Positions 26,356 to 39,942 of a stretch of 64,000 nt of DNA are shown here, in pieces (position 1 is the stretch's first letter; every line of letters starts with the position of its first letter). The notes below the pieces were generated by a model. It ran no database searches, was not told the origin of the DNA, and saw only the letters and a program-made list of their open reading frames with translations. The translations under genes and the position numbers were made by a program. The DNA comes from Nemertoderma westbladi (Eukaryota > Animalia > Xenacoelomorpha), in NCBI GenBank assembly GCA_032718475.1, contig JAUCBJ010009106.1, positions 1 through 64,000 on the forward strand, given 5' to 3'.

Positions 26356-26835
26356 TGTCAATTGGAATATCCTTAAAATATTGTCAGTGTGTTGACACTT
26401 TAAGAGTTGAGAATTGGTAGAGACGATGCACCTTGGGTTGGTTTTTATCTCTGTGTTCTATAGATAAGGGATTCCTTCCCAGGCGGAGTAACTCTGGATC
26501 AATTATCCCCGGTTTTAGTCTTCCTTTGTCCTTTCCTGTATTAATTCATTCCACTAATATTGAACTCCTCAACTCTGTCGAACCATCTGTACTGTTGTAC
26601 TACCGAAGCAGAAAGCAATTACGACAAGGTACATGGACTGGTGGAGTTTCTGTCAGTAATAGCAGGAGATCAGTAAGATATATGGTACTACTGGAGCTAC
26701 TGAACGAGTTTATATAAAAATTACGAACTGCAAAATAGCGAATAGCGCACAGGTTTAAAGATGTCATATTGATTCGTGTATAAATGGCTGCGAATCAATT
26801 CGGTATTACTGAACCATGTTGTCCATACATGTGTC

Positions 26836-26975
26836 TGTGGGCGAGCCACGAAGTAAGGTGTGCCTTAGCGTAGGGGTACCTTTAGTCGATCTGTCGTTCT
26901 GTTGATCCCAATATTTAAACTTTAATAACTCGATCAATCCTCGTACACAAATAGCCTGTCAAAAGTATAGAAATA
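26836..26975 (+). mobile_element. Partial third copy of the HINE-like family (5' end)
   Basis: GCCTTAGCGTAGGGGTACC...TAATAACTCGATCAATCCTCG matches 16145-16320. Confidence 0.6.
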
Positions 26976-27309
26976 CGTACTTCACTTGTCGGAACAAATA
27001 AGTAAATATTTGCCCGTTTTTATGGCCCTCCTTTGAATATTCGGTCACCTAAACTTTAAGTAATTCGCTATATAACAAAGTGTAACTTATGACCAAATTG
27101 GGGACAATTTCATTCTGCCAATCAACCGTTACTAAGTAGTCTTTGTTGTCATGGTAACAGGATACCAATGATATTCAGACGTGGTTCCCTATCTTAAGGC
27201 ACTCGCCCTTATATGGACTATCTTTGGGTAAGTTTTGGTGCTTTTATCACAAAATACAGAATTCCTCCAAAATATAGTACTTAACGTCCCTACTGTTAAT
27301 CTACAGGAG

Positions 27310-28530
27310 CTAATAAACCAACAGGTTGATGCCATCAATGATGCTGACGACAGCAGGCAATCATCCCAGGCATGGAAATCGATCAACTTGCTTACTGGGC
27401 GGAAAAGCCAACCAACCACCAAGGTTAAGGCAGAATCACCTGCCGATCGCCTCAATGGTTGGAAGGCCCACTTTGAAAAGCTCCTCAATAATGACAGGGT
27501 ATTGCCTGATAACTTTATAGAAGTAAAAGAGTCTGAGTCTGTACTCCCAGATATTCCCATTGGCGATATCTAATTTGCAGAAGTGAAGGCTGCTGCAAAG
27601 AGCATTAAGACCAATCGTTCCAGTGGAGTAGATGGTGTTCCCCCTGAGGTCTTTAAAATACCTGAGTGTTTAAAGCTCATCTATCCCATCATAGTGGACA
27701 TGTACAGAACAACAAGAGTCCCACAAGAAATGAAAACAAATAAGTTGGTACCAGTTCCCAAGAAGGGCAACCTAACACTCTATGGTTCTCTTCGGGGAAT
27801 CTCATTGATATCGATTGCTGCAAAGCTATACAATAGAATTCTATTAAATCGCATCAGGGATCCCATTGAGAGACTGCTCCGTGAAATCAGAATGGGCTCC
27901 GTAAAGGTCGTGGGAACATGGAGCCCATTTTGGCACTTAGAAGGATAATTGAAGAGTTACCAAAAAAGAAAGACAGTCATCTGGCTGTTATCTTTGTTGA
28001 CTTCTTCAAGGCCTTTCATTCATTCTCTCGCTCACGTATGTTCAGCATACTTTCATTATATTGAATTCCTGATGAAAGTATTGCAGCAATCAGATCAGTA
28101 TACGATGGTTCGACAACATTTGTGTCTACAGTTGACGGTGACACATAACCATTTGAAGTGTTATGTGGCGTCCTCCAGGGAGACACACTTGCGCCATTCT
28201 TGTTCATAATTGTGGTTGACTATTTTCTACGCATGTCCTTAGATCATCATAATGATGATGGGGTGATGGTAACTCCGCCTACTGGCTCCATAAGTCGAGG
28301 AAATCCTGCCAAGTACCTAACTGATCTAGACTTTGCTGATGACTTAGGAGTACTCTCAGAATCACTAGAGGGAGCCTAACGGCTCCTCATCTCATTAGAA
28401 CAGGCTGCTTCTAGTGTTGGTCTTTTTGTTAACTCCAAAAAGACCAAAATTTTCAACGTTTTTTCAAAATCGTTGCCCTAATGCGTGAGGACCAGCCTGT
28501 GCACAATCTTATGCTTTGGCAGCCTCATGG
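27310..28530 (+). mobile_element. Decayed RTE-clade LINE RT region (related family)
   Basis: GVDGVPPEVFK, PVPKKG, RGISLISIAAKLYNRILLNRI, GVLQGDTLAPFLFIIVVDY, LDFADD; stops and frameshifts. Confidence 0.85.
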
Positions 28531-28596
28531 AGAAAATAAGTGTTAAGCCTAATGGAAATAATAAGTCTTAAAAGTGTTAAACAATTATTGTTAACG

Positions 28597-28793
28597 TTAG
28601 AAAAAGCCGTAAACTGCTCCTTTCCCTCAATTGGTAACTAAAATAGTTACTAACAGGAATCACTGAATCACTGCATGTGACGTGGGGTAACAGGAATGGG
28701 GGGGGGGGGGGGGGGGGGTAACAGTAACAGCACGGTAAATTTTAGTTACAAATTGTGGGAAAGAAGCAGTTTACAGAGACAACTTTTTCTAAC
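28597..28793. mobile_element. Small palindromic MITE-like element
   Basis: GTAAACTGCTCCTTTCCCTCAATTGGTAACTAAAAT is inverted relative to ATTTTAGTTACAAATTGTGGGAAAGAAGCAGTTTAC. Confidence 0.5.
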
Positions 28794-29001
28794 CAAAACA
28801 ACTAATATACTCTACACACATTGGCTACATTACTAGGGTCCCAGCCAGCCGAACAGCCACGCAACATCTACTCAGTTCACCAGTAGCAATATAACTCCCT
28901 AATCCATCACATCGTAACATATCTCTGATGAGTTCTGCAATAACAGTGGCCGGCAAAGAGCCATAAAGATACTGGAGTATAGCTGTACAGGCTCAACTAC
29001 T

Positions 29002-29318
29002 GGTACAAACTTAACTAGAGGGAAGGTTTGATCCCAGATTTGGTACAAACTTAACTTGAGGGAAGGTATGATCCCAGGTTTGGTACAAACTTAACTTGAG
29101 GAAGGTTTGATCCAAGATTTGGTACAAACTTAATTTGAGGGAAGGTTTGATCCCAGGTTTGGTACAAACTTAACTTTAGGGAAGGTTTGATCCCAGGTTT
29201 GGTACAAACTTAACTAGAGGGAAGGTTTGATCCCAGATTTGGTACAAACTTAACTTGAGGGAAGGTTTGATCCCCGGTTTGGTACAAACTTAACTTGAGG
29301 GAAGGTTTTATCCCAGAT
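29002..29318. repeat. 40-bp satellite, left block (GGTACAAACTTAACTTGAGGGAAGGTTTGATCCCAGGTTT)
   Basis: About 8 units, interrupted by a LINE insertion. Confidence 0.95.
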
Positions 29319-32300
29319 CCAATATATAATACTATAATTTGTAATGGCGATCATCAAGCTGTAGGCCTGCCGACAATAAGACCAAGAAAGATACCGGTAC
29401 TAGGCCTATACAGTTTTTATCCCTGAGTCAGACTACAGCCAGACAGCACAATGTCCCCGCTCTTAATCTCCACAGTTTTCATCGTTCTGGGTCGTTTCGT
29501 TGTGGCAGAACCATCCGATCCGCGGGGTAACCCTGCAACCCACCCAATACCCGTATTGGACTGGTTTGCGGAACACCCTGTCGCTACCGTTTCGAACTGC
29601 CGCGCCGAATCGACGGAGATGTGGTCGACGAGTGGATTTAGCCTCTACTGCTCTCGTCGGGGAAGAAGATCTTGGGTCTCCTCTCCACGATCTAGAGGCC
29701 TAATCGCTAAACTCTGTCTACTGTCTCTGGCTGGGGATATTGAGACCAACCCAGGACCCAGCAGGACGCGGGCCCCGAAGATCAACTGTCCCGTCTGTCA
29801 ACGAGGAACAAACTCTCGGAGTAAGATCGTCCAATGCGAGAGTTGTGACACATTTGTACATTTAAAATGTTACCGTAGGAAACGCAGTAATTTATTCTCC
29901 ACCAGAAACAATCTTGAACCAAGTTTTCTCTGCAATAGCTGTATTTTTACCGAACTTCCCTTCCATGATACAATTTTAGAATCAGAAACCGACGATTCAT
30001 TTCTCACATCGCCTCTGCAAACTCCAAGTGATGCTGAGAGTGAAACTTTTAATTTTTTTAAGAAAAAAGGTCTGCATTTTTTGCACTTAAACGCACGATC
30101 TCTGCTTCCAAAACTTTCCGAAATTCGTATTTTAATCAATAAATCCAACCCAGCAGTTTTAACAATCTCTGAAACTTGGCTCGATGATAGTGTTTCTGAT
30201 GGAGAAATTTATATTGATAATTACGTAGTTTTACGTAAGGATAGGGACAGACACGGTGGTGGTGTCTGTACTTACATTCGATGTGATTTAGCTTTTAATC
30301 GTAGGGAAGATTTAGAGTATTGTGACGAAGTTTTACTGGTGGAACTTTTACTTCCTAAAACTAAACCTATTTTAATCGGTACTTTATATCGGCCCCCTAA
30401 ACAATCAGATTTTTTGCCAAATTTTGAAAATACAATTTTATGTAATCTTAGGTCAGACTGTGAAATATATTTCTTAGGTGATTTTAATATCTGTTACCAT
30501 CACAAAGCATCCCCCATCTGTAAACAGTACCAAAGTATTTTAAATTTGTTTGGTTTAAAACAAATTATTCGAGATTCTACCAGAATTACCAGTAAAACTT
30601 CTACTTTACTAGATCACATCCTTTGTAATAATACCGATATTATTTCTCAATCTGGGGTTTTACCTATAGGTCTAAGCGATCATTTTATAGTTTTTTGCAC
30701 AAGAAAGACACAAAAATCTTTTTTCGGGGATCATAAAACAGTAACAGTTAGGTCTATGAAAAATTACAGCAAGGAATGCTTTTTAAGTTTGTTAGTTAAT
30801 TCTGACTGGGAACCCTGTTTTAAGGCCGCTGACATTAACCTTGCGTACACTGTTTTTAAAGATATATTTTTAAAGGCACTTAATACTGTAGCACCAATTA
30901 AAGAAATTAGTCTTAAACAACGCACTGAGCCCTGGATGACCTCGGGTATTCTTAGTAATATCAGAGAAAGAGATAACTATTTGTATAAATTTAGGAAATA
31001 CCGTGTTTTAGCTGACTATAATAATTACTGCAAATATAGAAACCTTGTCCAACGGGAAATAAAAAAAGCTAAATCTGAATATTTGTACAACAAAATAAGT
31101 GAGAATAAAGATAATCCAAAAAGTCTATGGTCTACCCTAAAATCTTTAGGTTATAAAAACCTTAAATCTAAATCGAATATTGTTCTGCAAGATAACGGTG
31201 AGCTGATTCATGATCATACTCTAGTTAGTAATTTATTTAATAATTATTTTACTAATGTTGCCTCTAATTTAGTTAAGAAATTACCGTTATCAAGTAATAA
31301 ATATAGTATAGGGTCCGAAACTCTAAATAATTTTTATTTAGAAAAGTTACAAAGTTCAGAAAAGTTATTTTTAAAACCCGTTTCTGAGGATTTCGTTTTT
31401 AAAAATCTACTTAGCCTATCAGCCTCAAAAGGTACCGGTCTAGATCTAATACCTGCCCGTTTTCTTAAGGATGGTGCTGAAGTACTTAAAGTGCCTATTA
31501 CTTTTATTATTAATTACTCTATCGTAGATAATGTAGTACCAGACGAACTGAAATTAGCTAAGGTTGTTCCTCTGTATAAAAAGAATAGTAAAGTAGAACC
31601 CTGTAATTACAGACCTGTTAGTATCTTAAGTATTGTATCTAAAATTCTAGAACGTTCTGTTTTTCTACAGCTGGAAGCACATCTTAGTAGGCTAAATCTG
31701 ATCTATGAACTTCAGTCTGGTTTTCGTAAATCATATTCTACAGACACCTGCCTTATTAACTTAACTGATACAATTAGATGTAATAACGCAAAGGGTTTAT
31801 ATACTGGTATGGTAATGTTGGACCTACAAAAGGCTTTCGATACTGTAGATCACGAAATTCTGCTTGGTAAGTTAGGCCTGATGGGTGTAGGTTCTATAGA
31901 CTGGTTCAAGTCCTACCTGTCAGACAGAGGTCAAACTGTAGTCATTAGCAAATCGCTGTCTACTGTACAAGAGATTACCTGTGGTGTACCGCAAGGTAGT
32001 ATATTAGGTCCTGTGCTTTTTGTATGCTATGTAAATGATATGATAAGTAGTATAGATCCCGATTTTAAACTCATTTTATATGCCGACGACAGTGCTCTTA
32101 TTTTCTCTCATAAAGATCCTATCCATATTTCCCAAAAGTTAAGTGCAGTTCTAGAATCCTGTAATGAGTGGTTGGTTGATAATAAGCTATCCATTCACTA
32201 CGGTAAAACTGAAAGTATTTTGTTTGGTTCCAAAAGAAAGTTAAAGAAGGTAACTAAGTTTGAAGTCACTAGTAATGGACATAAGATTGAAAATAAAAAG

Positions 32301-33272
32301 GAAGTTAAATATTTAGGCGCCACATTGGATAACTGCTTATCAGGAGAAAGTACAGTGAAAAATATTTTCACGAAAGTTAACAGTAGGCTAAGGTTTCTAT
32401 ACAGAAATAAAAATAGTTTGAACACCGACTCCCGCAAGTTACTTTGCTCTTCTTTAATACAGTGTCACATGGACTATGCGTGCTCTTCTTGGTATGAAGG
32501 CTTAACCAAACAGCTTAAATGTAAATTACAAGTAGCTCAGAATAAAGTAGTACGATTTATTAAAGACTACAAACCTAGGCACCACCTAACTCCAGATGAC
32601 TTTTCTGAATCTGGACTACTTAACTTAGATAGTAGAGTTAAGCAGCTACGCCTTAACCATGTGCATAAAGTGTATAATGGTAAATGTCCCAATTACCTAA
32701 AACAAAAATTCAACAGAGTACGCGATACACACTCTTACAGTACCAGAGCTAGTGCTTCAAACTTCTACCTCCCGAATTGTAAATCCTTTGAATCTGATAC
32801 TTTCTTTTTTAACGGCATAAAAAATTGGAACGCTCTGCCTAATGAAATTAAAAACCTAAATAATCAACATTCTTTTAAATCTGCTGTTAAATCTCACCTC
32901 CGTGTGCAATGTAAAAATAGGTACAATAGTCCTACAGTAAGTTATTAGTTTATTAATTATTTACTATTTATACTGTAATTACGTTTTATAATAAATTGTT
33001 CTGTACATTACATCTTTATCGTTGAGTCGGGCATTGTCACGCTCTCGGTAAAGTTGTACATGTACATAGTGTAATTACGTTTTATATTGGTTTTAGGTTA
33101 GCGTAGTGTAATATTGTATTTGTAACCAAGTAACATAAAGGACCCCCTTGGAAATAAGCTGCAAAGCTTTAGGGGTAATCCTATATGTTATGTTGGACAA
33201 TACCTTTATACCGGTACATTGTTTGGTGTATTTGTTATTGTTTTTACATAATGTATAAATAAATCTATCTAT
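29319..33272 (+). mobile_element. CR1/L2-group (Crack/L2-like) non-LTR retrotransposon with intact single ORF
   Basis: Flanked by CAGAT at 29314-29318 and 33273-33277 (probable TSD); AATAAA at 33258 plus (TCTA)n tail; 3'UTR stem-loop at 33140-33181. Confidence 0.9.
29451..32948 (+). CDS. LINE polyprotein, 1165 aa: hydrophobic leader, 2A-like StopGo motif, PHD finger, APE endonuclease, reverse transcriptase
   Basis: [14 protein letters not shown]; CPVC...[12 protein letters not shown]...CNSC; HLNARSL, ISETWL, GDFN, LDHI, SDH; [29 protein letters not shown]. Confidence 0.93.
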   Translation: MSPLLISTVFIVLGRFVVAEPSDPRGNPATHPIPVLDWFAEHPVATVSNCRAESTEMWSTSGFSLYCSRRGRRSWVSSPRSRGLIAKLCLLSLAGDIETNPGPSRTRAPKINCPVCQRGTNSRSKIVQCESCDTFVHLKCYRRKRSNLFSTRNNLEPSFLCNSCIFTELPFHDTILESETDDSFLTSPLQTPSDAESETFNFFKKKGLHFLHLNARSLLPKLSEIRILINKSNPAVLTISETWLDDSVSDGEIYIDNYVVLRKDRDRHGGGVCTYIRCDLAFNRREDLEYCDEVLLVELLLPKTKPILIGTLYRPPKQSDFLPNFENTILCNLRSDCEIYFLGDFNICYHHKASPICKQYQSILNLFGLKQIIRDSTRITSKTSTLLDHILCNNTDIISQSGVLPIGLSDHFIVFCTRKTQKSFFGDHKTVTVRSMKNYSKECFLSLLVNSDWEPCFKAADINLAYTVFKDIFLKALNTVAPIKEISLKQRTEPWMTSGILSNIRERDNYLYKFRKYRVLADYNNYCKYRNLVQREIKKAKSEYLYNKISENKDNPKSLWSTLKSLGYKNLKSKSNIVLQDNGELIHDHTLVSNLFNNYFTNVASNLVKKLPLSSNKYSIGSETLNNFYLEKLQSSEKLFLKPVSEDFVFKNLLSLSASKGTGLDLIPARFLKDGAEVLKVPITFIINYSIVDNVVPDELKLAKVVPLYKKNSKVEPCNYRPVSILSIVSKILERSVFLQLEAHLSRLNLIYELQSGFRKSYSTDTCLINLTDTIRCNNAKGLYTGMVMLDLQKAFDTVDHEILLGKLGLMGVGSIDWFKSYLSDRGQTVVISKSLSTVQEITCGVPQGSILGPVLFVCYVNDMISSIDPDFKLILYADDSALIFSHKDPIHISQKLSAVLESCNEWLVDNKLSIHYGKTESILFGSKRKLKKVTKFEVTSNGHKIENKKEVKYLGATLDNCLSGESTVKNIFTKVNSRLRFLYRNKNSLNTDSRKLLCSSLIQCHMDYACSSWYEGLTKQLKCKLQVAQNKVVRFIKDYKPRHHLTPDDFSESGLLNLDSRVKQLRLNHVHKVYNGKCPNYLKQKFNRVRDTHSYSTRASASNFYLPNCKSFESDTFFFNGIKNWNALPNEIKNLNNQHSFKSAVKSHLRVQCKNRYNSPTVSY

Positions 33273-35560
33273 CAGATTTAGTACAAACTTAACTTGAGGG
33301 AAGGTTTGATCCCAGGTTTGGTATAAACTTAGCTTGAGGGAAGGTTTGATCCCATGTTTGGTACAAACTTAACTTGAGGGAAGGTTTGATCCCAGGTTTG
33401 GTACAAACTTAACTTGAGGGAAGGTTTGATTCCAGGTTTGGTACAAACTTAACTTGAGGGAAGGTTTGATCCCAGGTTTGGTACAAACTTAACTTGAGGG
33501 AAGTTTTGATCCCAGGTTTGGTACAAACTTAACTTGAGGGAAGGTTTGATCCCAGGTTTGGTACAAACTTAACTTGAGGGAAGGTTTGATCCCAGGTTTG
33601 GTACAAACTTAACTTGAGGGAAGGTTTGATCCCAGGTTTGGTACAAACTTAACTTGAGGGAAGGTTTGATCCCAGGTTTGGTACAAACTTAGCTTGAGGG
33701 AAGGTTTGATCCCAGGTTTGGTACAAACTTAACTTGAGGGAAGGTTTGATCCCAGGTTTGGTACAAACTTAACTTGAGGGAAGGTTTGATCCCAGGTTTG
33801 GTACAAACTTAACTTGAGGGAAGGTTTGATCTCAGGTTTGGTACAAACTTAACTTGAGGGAAGTTTTGATCCCAGCTTTGGTACAAACTTAACTTGAGGG
33901 AAGGTTTGATCCCAGGTTTGGTACAAACTTAACTTGAGGGAAGTTTTGATCTAGGTTTGGTACAAACTTAACTTGAGGGAAGGTTTGATCCCAGGTTTGG
34001 TACAAACTTAACTTGAGGGAAGTTTTGATCTAGGTTTGGTACAAACTTAACTTGAGGGAAGTTTTGATCCCAGCTTTGGTACAAACTTAACTTGAGGGAA
34101 GGTTTGATCCCAGGTTTGGTACAAACTTAACTTGAGGGAAGTTTTGATCTAGGTTTGGTACAAACTTAACTTGAGGGAAGGTTTGATCCCAGGTTTGGTA
34201 CAAACTTAACTTGAGGGAAGTTTTGATCTAGGTTTGGTACAAACTTAACTTGAGGGAAGGTTTGATCCCAGGTTTGGTAGAATCTTAACTTGAGGGAAGT
34301 TTTGATCCCAGGTTTGGTACAAACTTAACTTGAGGGAAGGTTTGATCCCAGGTTTGGTACAAACTTAACTTGAGGGAAGGTTTGATCCCAGGTTTGGTAC
34401 AAACTTAACTTGAGGGAAGTTTTGATCCCAGCTTTGGTACAAACTTAACTTGAGGGAAGGTTTGATCCCAGGTATGGTACAAACTTAACTTGAGGGAAGT
34501 TTTGATCTAGGTTTGGTACAAACTTAACTTGAGGGAAGGTTTGATCCCAGGTTTGGTACAAACTTAACTTGAGGGAAGTTTTGATCTAGGTTTGGTACAA
34601 ACTTAACTTGAGGGAAGTTTTGATCCCAGCTTTGGTACAAACTTAACTTGAGGGAAGGTTTGATCCCAGGTTTGGTACAAACTTAACTTGAGGGGAGGTT
34701 TGATCCCAGGTTTGGTACAAACTTAACTTGGGGGAAGATTTGATCCCAGGTTTGGTACAAACTTAACTTGAGGGAAGTTTTGATCCCAGGTTTGGTACAA
34801 ACTTAACTTGAGGGAAGGTTTGATCCCATGTTTGGTACAAACTTAACTTGAGGGGAGGTTTGATCCCAGGTTTGGTACAAACTTAACTTGGGGGAAGATT
34901 TGATCCCAGGTTTGGTACAAACTTAACTTGGGGGAAGATTTGATCCCAGGTTTGGTACAAACTTAACTTGAGGGAAGTTTTGATCCCAGGTTTGGTACAA
35001 ACTTAACTTGAGGGAAGGTTTGATCCCATGTTTGGTACAAACTTAACTTGAGGGGAGGTTTGATCCCAGGTTTGGTACAAACTTAACTTGAGGGAAGGTT
35101 TGATCCCAGGTTTGGTACAAACTTAACTTGAGGGAAGTTTTGATCCCAGGTTTGGTACAAACTTAACTTGAGGGAAGGTTTGATCCCATGTTTGGTACAA
35201 ACTTAACTTGAGGGGAGGTTTGATCCCAGGTTTGGTACAAACTTAACTTGGGGGAAGATTTGATCCCAGGTTTGGTACAAACTTAACTTGAGGGAAGGTT
35301 TGATCCCAGGTTTGGTATAAACTTAACTTGAGGGAAGTTTTGATCCCTGGTTTGGTACAAACTTAACTTGAGGGAAGGTTTGATCCCAGGTTTGGTACAA
35401 ACCTAACTTGAGGGAAGGTTTGATCCCAGGTTTGGTACAAACTTAACTTGAGGGAAGTTTTGAACCCTGGTTTGGTACAAACTTAACTTGAGGGAAGGTT
35501 TGATCCCTGGTTTGGTACAAACTTAACTTGAGGGAAGGTTTGATCCCAGGTTTGGTACAA
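33273..35560. repeat. 40-bp satellite, right block
   Basis: Same unit as 29002-29318, resuming in register after the LINE. Confidence 0.97.
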
Positions 35561-37782
35561 ATTGTGAAAGCGAAGTGATTACAAGCATGTATTTTCCACT
35601 CCAATCGATAGAATAAATTACAACAACAAACTGTTCTATAAGTAATAATTGTCCCTAAATATAAATACACCAAGTTTGCTGTCTAAGAAACTTTCGAACA
35701 TAATATAAAGTATCACTTCAGTTTCATATAATAAATGTATAACTCACCAAAATAATGTATAATTTGTAATAATAAGAGAGGTACTTGAATGTTTGATAGT
35801 TGTTTCTTGTTATTTCCCAAGTACCAAAACCCAGAACAAGAAAATAAATATTCAAAAATAACAATTCAAATATATGTTTGTTGAACTTATGTGTTCAGTT
35901 TTTTTTATATCAAACCAGTATCAGCCCGCAGATCAATGCACGAACTTTACTGAATTCTTATTGGAAATTTTAGAGATTCTCAGAAATGCTTCATCAAAAC
36001 TGCTCAGCTATTGGCTACCTGCGTGTAGCTAAACCGTAATACCAAAGCAAAAGAAAAATCAGACGTCACCGTTTTATCGGCAACTACGTGGGAAGCCATA
36101 AATAATTTAATATATTCAATAATATTATTTCTCCCTGTCTTAAAGAGAGTGTTTAAAAGTTTCATTCAATTAATCTGAAATTCTGATGAATTTTAATATA
36201 AGCCATTTGTGTTGCCCACCAATACATTTGTGGGTTCGAATTTATTCAGAATCATAATATATTAGCTATAAATGATTCAATCAACAAATGGATATTTTGA
36301 TAATTCAGTGACACATAATCGAGTGAGACACTGATTGTGGATTGTGGAAGCATGCTCACTTAAATACTACAGTATTGAGAGTTCGGATCTTCTGCAAAGA
36401 ATCATCAAACCTATTTAGTCCAGAAGGTAAATGATATGTTGCCTACAACATGGAAAGTGGTCCATTGTCTTCACGCTCCGCGGTTTTTTTTACGTTTACT
36501 TTATAAAACTGCACGATGGCAATCCATCGATGACGATGAAAATTTAAGCAATTTTTATAAAAGTGAACGAATTATACAGTAAAATATACACGGCATTGAA
36601 TGTGAAAACCCAATACGACTTCCGATGTTCTATGGGTGGTGTTCCAGAACGTTTTTACTTAGTATTGTTCCAATTTCCGAAGAGCCCTATTAACGATAAT
36701 AGTAAATTAATATAAAAAGTCCATATATACCATACCATATTGTATCGATTCAAATCATATACACCATGAACCGTAATATAGTGTCATTTTCTGATGACAC
36801 GGACCCCTCAAGCAATTTGATAGAGATTTGTAGAAAAATCTGGGGGGGGGGGGGGGGGGGGGGCGTCCGTCACGGGTGATGGTGTATTGATTGTCGAATC
36901 TTAAAATAAAATAAAAACCTATCCACAAATGGATTATTGGGATTAAACTCTAAGCCAAACTTCCAATATTGACTATATTTTACATAATCATCTCCATCAG
37001 AGGTTGACTTTTTTGAATTTAGACATTTTTTGATAAAGAGATTGTTGCTTCTGACCGAAATGAAAAATGTAACAACTGTATCATTATTTGCGTGGGTTGT
37101 GGCATTATGGAACTGAAACACCACCGGGCGGAATTATAACAATTCCATTTCCAGGATCAGGATCGTCTTACACATTTAATATGCCACCCCCCCCCCCCCC
37201 CCCGGGTCCTTTTAATTTCTCGAGATTATTACTGATGTTACTCCGTGGGCTACTATGATAAATATGTATAGACTATGGTGCTACCTTGTTTTACTTAGAC
37301 GATTCGCCACCCCAAGAAATAAATATATATGAGGCTAAATTATCGAACCAGTAGCAACTCGTCTCCTCCCATCAACATACTACAGTAATTAACATTCAGC
37401 GACGCCAAAGTAATTAATTTAACCTCCCCAAGAATCGAACATTTGGCAAAGATTATCTTAGAAGCCGCCATACTTCCGAACTCTTATGTAAATCAGAATA
37501 ACAAATGATGGGGTTTTGCATTTATGAATATACTGCACACTTTGTAGAAGATACTGCCTCTGACTGCAACACTGCAACGGTGCCCCCGTAGTACTTAAAT
37601 AGAGTTCAAGGATTACGTATTTTGTAATAATTGAAATAATGATATACTTAACTTAACGAGTTAAATTTTTATATACATGTAGTACATACAGGTATCTTAT
37701 TATGGATCATCCACCCATAATACTGTACCATCTAAAACCACAAACGAAGCCTCGTCCCAACAAAGTTATCAGTCTATCCCTT

Positions 37783-37975
37783 TCAGCGAGAAGCCTTCGT
37801 GAGATCTCGTACCATACGTTCAACCAACTGCTGATGACAAGAATAACCTTTACTTGGCAGTATCACCAGCTCAGATGATTAACAACGCATTAATAATCTG
37901 TTTGAGGTCCTGGTCAGAGACATCTAAACGTATTGGAGGTTCAGTGATCTTTAGCTTTTCATCCCACCACAATTT
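37783..37975 (-). pseudogene. Fragment of a hAT-superfamily-like transposase C-terminus
   Basis: WDEKLKITEPP.../...YSCHQQLVERMVRDLTKAS (one frameshift) resembles the recalled TEPP...PCHTQAVERCVKLVTEAS motif. Confidence 0.45.
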
Positions 37976-38454
37976 CTAACACATCCCACCCGGGTGGGTA
38001 GTTTTATTTCCCGAGCAACGGTCGCAAACTTTAATCAACTCAAGGTGAGTAGGCCTATGATGGAGTTAGAATGAAATCTGGCTTGAGTTAGTGGATGCGC
38101 GAGAATCTTTACATTATAGTTATGTGGGAAGAGAGACGGTTATTGAGAACAAACTTTTTATGTCGGGTTTAAAAGAAAATAGATCTTAACATTCAATGCC
38201 GATCTTGTGCGCGAGACAAATTAGACAGATTATTGGAAACCCACGATTATTTTTTAGAAGGGAGCATGTTGGGCTTTATTATAAACAAAATGTATTATAA
38301 TATCCTGGAGATTTTACCAGTATGCAGCCAACCAAATGTGGATAATCTAATTGTTATCCATAAGAAGGACAGCAGCTAACCGCTATCGAGTTCTTGTGTT
38401 ACGAAAGATAGCACAAAAAACTAAAAAGCATGAATAATCAATTTATTTATTATT

Positions 38455-39462
38455 GCTGGAGATGGGGGTGCTGGGGATGGGGTGCTGTGGATGGGGGTGC
38501 TGGGGATGGGGTGCTGTGGATGGGGGTGCTGGGGATGGGGTGCTGTGGATGGGGGTGCTGGGGATGGGGTGCTGTGGATGGGGGTGCTGGGGGTGGAGGT
38601 GCTGTGGATAGGGGTGCTGGGGGTGGAGGTGCTGTGGATAGGGTTGCTGGGGATGGGGGTGCTGTGGATGGGGGGGGTGCTGGGGGTGGAGGTGCTGTGG
38701 ATGGGGTTGCTGGGGTGGCTGGGGTGGAGGTGCTAGGGATGCTGTGGATAGAGTGCTGTGGGTGGGGTTGCTGGGGTGGGGTGCTGGGTTGCTGGGGGTG
38801 GAGGTGATGGCAGCCAGTTTCAGGTCAATTCTGTCACCATGTCTGTATGTGTGCGAGTTTATAGGGATGGGGGGATGTGGTTGCTGGGGTGGGGGTGCTA
38901 AAAAAAGTAAAAAGTAAAGTAAATTTTCTTCGGCCACTTGGCCACGGATTACGCACAAAGTCTGACGACTTATTTCCAGTGCGGACCCCAAGAACTACAA
39001 GCAGGTGCTGGGTTGGAGGTTCTGGGTTGGGGTGTTGGGGGTGCTGGGTTGCGGTGGATGGAGGTGCTGGGGATGGAGGTGCTGGGGATGGGGGTGCTGG
39101 GGATGGGGTGCTGGGGGCGGAGGAGCTGGGGGTGTTGTGGGTGGGGTTGCTGGGGTGTGGGTGCTGGGGATGGGAATACTGGGGTGGGGGTGTTGGTGGT
39201 GTTGGTGCTGTGGATGGGGGTACCGGGGTTGGGGTGCTGGGGATGGGGGTGCTGGGTTGGAGGTTCTGGGTTGGGGTGGTGGGGGTGCTGGGTTGCGGGG
39301 GGTTGAGGTGCTGGGGATGGAGTGCTGGGTTAATGGTGCTGGTGGTGGATGTGCTGGGGCTGGAGATGGTGGGGATGGGGTGGTGGTGGTGGTGGTGGCG
39401 GGGGTACTTTGGGTGGGGTGCTGGTGGCGGGGGTACTTGGGGTGGGGTGCTGGGGTGGGGGA
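38455..39462. repeat. G-rich low-complexity tract (GGGGTGCT/GGATG), G-quadruplex-prone on + strand
   Basis: Direct reading. Confidence 0.9.
38900..39003 (-). mobile_element. 3' fragment of a SINE (or LINE) with (TTTAC)n-like tail inserted in the G-rich tract
   Basis: Reverse complement of 38946-38987 nearly equals SINE tail 60917-60958; flanked by GGTGCT on both sides. Confidence 0.7.
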
Positions 39463-39815
39463 GGGTTGTGTTCGGCAAAAGTACCGTTTTTCACATTTAT
39501 ACTTTCTGTATTTGAATGCTTAGCTGCCATTCTGAGTGAATATTTGGGCCGCAAGTTTTGTTCGAACGGATAACCGCTATGTTCGAGGTCACCAGTTCGA
39601 TCCCACCTCGGAGTATAAACCCGACTTTGCTAAGAGCCGTTTTTCTCTCCGATATATACCCGGGGGACGATTTTATATTCATAGAAGTAAATAAGGAATG
39701 TCATTAGTTTTATACCAACTATATATTATTATAGTCATAACATTTAAACGGAAACAATAAAATATATACGTCAACCGAATTCCTGCTGTTATTCATTGGC
39801 GAACAAATATTAGTG

Positions 39816-39821
39816 TTTATT
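39816..39821 (-). promoter_or_regulatory. Probable RBM39 polyadenylation signal AATAAA
   Basis: TTTATT on + strand ~120 nt past the stop codon. Confidence 0.55.
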
Positions 39822-39942
39822 TAATTAGTAGGTCTATAAGGGTAAATAAAACGCCGATTCTGTACAAAAACCAAAAACCAGTAGAAATAATTACACAGTT
39901 AGGTAATAGGTTGGTTGTATTGGAGTCAGTCATTGGTTGATA

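Noticed and set aside
29002-35560. CRISPR-like regular repeats (also the 28-, 30- and 42-bp arrays)
   Set aside because: Head-to-tail units without unique spacers, no cas genes, eukaryotic context.
38430-39573. Gly/Trp- or Pro/His-rich ORFs
   Set aside because: Open in many frames over a G-rich microsatellite; no splice or domain support.
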